Assembly: GCF_001447785.1 (NCBI RefSeq)
Contig: NW_015163753.1
Location: 1-64,000 of the forward strand
Reading direction: 5' to 3'
Length of the DNA: 64,000 bases
Source: Gekko japonicus
Taxonomy: Eukaryota
Both the position numbers and the translations under genes were made by a program. Each line of letters opens with the position of its first letter. Position 1 is the first letter of the stretch. This document shows, piece by piece, positions 60,721 through 64,000 of this stretch. The notes under the pieces are model-generated. The model had not been told where the DNA came from. It saw only the letters and a program-made list of their open reading frames with translations, and ran no database searches.

Positions 60721-61908
60721 ATGATTTACAGATTTTCTTTTTCAGGAATCTTCTTGTCTGTCATTCACTTTGTTCCAGCCAAGGCTGCCAACATCCACAC
60801 CACACTGATCAGCACCTTCACACACAGTGTACTTCTTCTTGAGGAATTTGCCCTTCTTAAAAACATTCTACAGCTCAACCCACCTGCACAGTCTTAAGAC
60901 TACAGTCAAAGCTGTTTCTTTCAAAGGATTCATTACGCAACTATATTTCTTCCCTTTCTTGTGGGGCACAGAACATAACCTCCCCTCTAATATGCCTTAT
61001 GATGATGTCTTAGTCATCTCCAAGTCCCTGCCTTAAGCAACTATTATGAAAGGTAAGCTTCATACTCAGTTAGCAGCAAGCTCTTGGATCGATGACATGG
61101 TAACTATCTCTATAGTTATGTGTTTGCATTTTAGCACTATGACTATGGTATCATAGTCCCAATGAAATGCGTCATTTCTCCCAGGTGAGTCTCTCCCATC
61201 AAGAAAACTGTTCTGCAATGATGCCAGCCTAATGAAGCTTGCTTGTTATATCATGGGTTTTAAATTTGCTTCCCCCATTTTATTTTGACTCTGTTATCTT
61301 ATGTGCATATTACTGGTGGAAGAGCTTCTGGCATCAGAAGAAAACTCTTTGGGAGGGAGGAAAGCTATGATGCAAGCCTTCACTCCTATCCCATGGAATA
61401 TAAGACAACATGCATGGGGGTTCCACCCAAGCACTGACTAGACTCATACTTGCTTAGCTTTATGTGCCATCAGAGGTTATTGTTCTTGTACTTTTTGTTA
61501 AATAAAAAATAACATTTTGTAAAGTGTAATGGGTGAATCCAGCTATTCTTTGTCTTCCTCCAACTTAAGTTGCTGTTCCTCCAACAGAACAGTCACCTAA
61601 GTTGCAGGAAGACTTGGAGAGAGACTTCAGAAGTGAGACAAAAGAAAAGGATACGATGGAGTAGGATTCACCCCAATATTTCTGAATGACGACTACTATG
61701 GTAAGTTAAAAACTAACAAATGCATACAACTTTGTGAACCAGGGGATACTTGGTTATAGCTTGGTATAAATATAGTTCTGTGTACTGAGTACACACTTAA
61801 TGTACTCAAACAGCAGATGAAATAGGAGGGTGATGTTATTACAAAGATACATGTTAGTGTTGCTATCCTGAAAACCCCTTCTGTCACTGGGAGGCAGAAG
61901 GCTCTCCC
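60721..61908 (+). pseudogene. Degenerate OR pseudogene split by an insertion of about 530 bp
   Basis: actgatcagcaccttcacac..tacttcttcttgaggaatttg, caactatatttct, cagttagcagcaagctcttggatc (60800-61314) and gctatcctgaaaaccccttctgtcactgggaggcagaaggct (AILKTPSVTGRQKA, 61862-61905) match the upstream OR. Confidence 0.85.
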
Positions 61909-62579
61909 TCCTTTTTTTACACCTTATTTTAAATTTTAATTAATTGAATTATTTAGTAATATGCTTTGGGGGATGTATGTTGTTTGTATTTTAACTGTTG
62001 TATCTTTTAAGGTTGTGATGGACTTTGCCGATTAGCAACCAATAAATGATGATGATGATGATGAAGATGCTGCTGTTGCTGCTAGCAAAATATCATGTGA
62101 CCTGGGACCACTAGAAAAGAATGTTCCTTTAAATGGGACTTTATTGCCTAACAGGACTGAGCCCTAAGTGATTTATGGCTCATATAATTTATTTTACACT
62201 ACCCATGTGAGGTAGATTACCATTATGTCTAAGAATAGGTTCTAAGGTCACCTAACAAACATGTGAATTTAATTAGAATGTTTCATGTTCAGATGAACAT
62301 TACCCCATTGTAATTCAAACTAAAAGTTCTGTTCTGTGACCTGTATCATTTCTAATTTTTAGAATTTATATTCCATCTTCTGTGTCACCACAACGACACT
62401 GAAGTAGTGTACAGCCAATTTCAAAACTGTAATAATGTATTAAAGCAATGTCCTAGACTTCATTGGCTTGCCTGGTACATCTTTTTGGTGGCAATTTTGT
62501 TTACTCATAATGAAGCTTTGTTCTGGCCAGAATTTCAAGCAGTGCCTTGCAAATAATAAAGAGCACATTGGCTCAGGAT

Positions 62580-63910
62580 CACTGAAGAACTATACAAGAA
62601 AGACCTTGATGTCCTTGACAACCACAACGGTATAATCACTGACCTCGAGCCAGACATCCTGCAATGTGAAGTTAAATAGGCCTTAGAAAGCATTACTAAC
62701 AACAAAGGTAGTGGAGGTGATGGTATCCCAGCTGAGCTATTCAAAGTCTTAGAAGATGATGCTGTTAAAGTGCTGCACTCAATTTGCCAGCAAATTTGGA
62801 AAACGCAACAGTGGCCACAGGATTGGAAAAGGTCAGTATACATTCCAATCCCAAAGAAGGGCAATGCCAAGGAATGTTCAAACTATCGCACAATTGCACT
62901 CATATCACAAACCAGCAAGGTCATGCTCAAGATTGTACAAGCTAGGCTTCAGCAGTACAGGGATAGAGAACTGCCAGAAGTACAAGCTGGGTTTTGAAGA
63001 GGTAGAGGAACTAGAGATCAAATTGCCAACATTCGCTGGATTATGGAGAAAGCAAGAGAGTACCAGAAAAACATCTACTTCTGCTTCATTGACTATGCTA
63101 AAGCCTTTGACTGTGTGGATCACAACAAACTATGGCAGGTCCTTAAAGAGATGGGAGTACCAGACCACCTCACATGTCTCTTGAGAAACCTGTATAAAGG
63201 TCAAGAAGCGACAGTTAGAACCGGATATGGAACAACTGATTGGTTTAGCATAGGAAAAGGAGTACGACAAGGATGATATTGTCACCTTGCTTATTTAATA
63301 TATATCATTCCTTGGCAAATAGAAGGGGAAGTCATGGAAGTGGTGACAGACTTCATGTTCTTGGGATCCCACATCACCGCAGACTGTGACTGCAGCCATG
63401 AAATTAAAAGACACCTGCTCCTTCGGAGGAAAGCGATGGCGAACCTAAACAGCATGATAAAAAGTAGAGACATCACCCTGCCAACAAAAGTCCACATGGT
63501 CAAAGCAATGGTATTCCCAGTAGTCATGTATGGCTGCGAGAGTTGGACTATAAGGAAGGCTGAGCGCCGAAGAATAGATTCTTTTGAACTATGGTGCTGG
63601 AGAAGACTCTTGAGAGTCCCTTGGACTGCAAGAAGATCAAATCAGTCAATCCTAAAAGAAATCAACCCTGACTGTTCCCTGGAAGGCCAGATAATGAAAC
63701 TGAAGTTCAAATACTTTGGCCACCACATGAGAAGGGAGCACTCACTGGAGAAGACCCTGATGCTGGGAAAGATTGAAGGTCAAAGAAGATGGGGACAGCA
63801 AAGGATGAGATGGTTAGACAGTGTCATAGATGCAATGAACATGAAATTGAGCAAACTTCAGAGGACGGCAGAAGACCGGAAGGCCTGGCGTGATTTGGTC
63901 CATGGGGTCC
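62580..63910 (+). mobile_element. Bov-B (RTE) LINE, defective partial ORF
   Basis: Translates to ICQQIWKTQQWPQDWKRS, IPKKGNAKECSNYRTIAL, CFIDYAKAFDCVDH, KGVRQG, VVMYGCESWT, ELWCWRRLLRVPWTARRSN; in-frame stops and an internal deletion near 63305. Confidence 0.96.
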
Positions 63911-64000
63911 TGAAAGGTTAAAATGTTCCCCCACTGGTTTTTGAATGTTGTGGTTTCTAATAGTAGTAGTAGAAAGAGTAAGAGTCCAGTAGCACCTTAA

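Overview
Vertebrate genomic DNA, almost certainly from a squamate reptile and probably a gecko-like lizard (inferred from Sauria SINE, Bov-B LINE, Squam-type SINEs, 5S-derived SINEs and Penelope-like remnants). The window is a chemoreceptor cluster. It holds six intact class II olfactory receptor (OR) genes: four OR11/OR6-like and two OR10-like. It also holds two OR pseudogene remnants and one six-exon vomeronasal type-2 receptor (V2R, class C GPCR) gene at 46085-56542. The V2R sits head-to-head with an OR and carries a 1-nt frameshift just before its 7TM domain. The intergenic DNA is dense in transposable elements: hAT-type MITEs with 8-bp TSDs, LINE fragments, SINEs and probable solo LTRs. 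It also contains two-copy tandem duplications, long fold-back inverted repeats and a 222-N assembly gap. I see no clear wholly new biological system. The best leads are (i) a 34-nt micro-exon that would add an in-frame, Cys-rich 33-aa N-terminus to an OR, (ii) the V2R embedded in OR-type regulatory DNA, with its ectodomain and 7TM split by a frameshift, (iii) candidate Lhx2/EBF enhancer motifs, and (iv) two unexplained long fold-back hairpins and a hairpin-unit minisatellite. Repeat-family names come from recalled consensus sequences, not from a database search.
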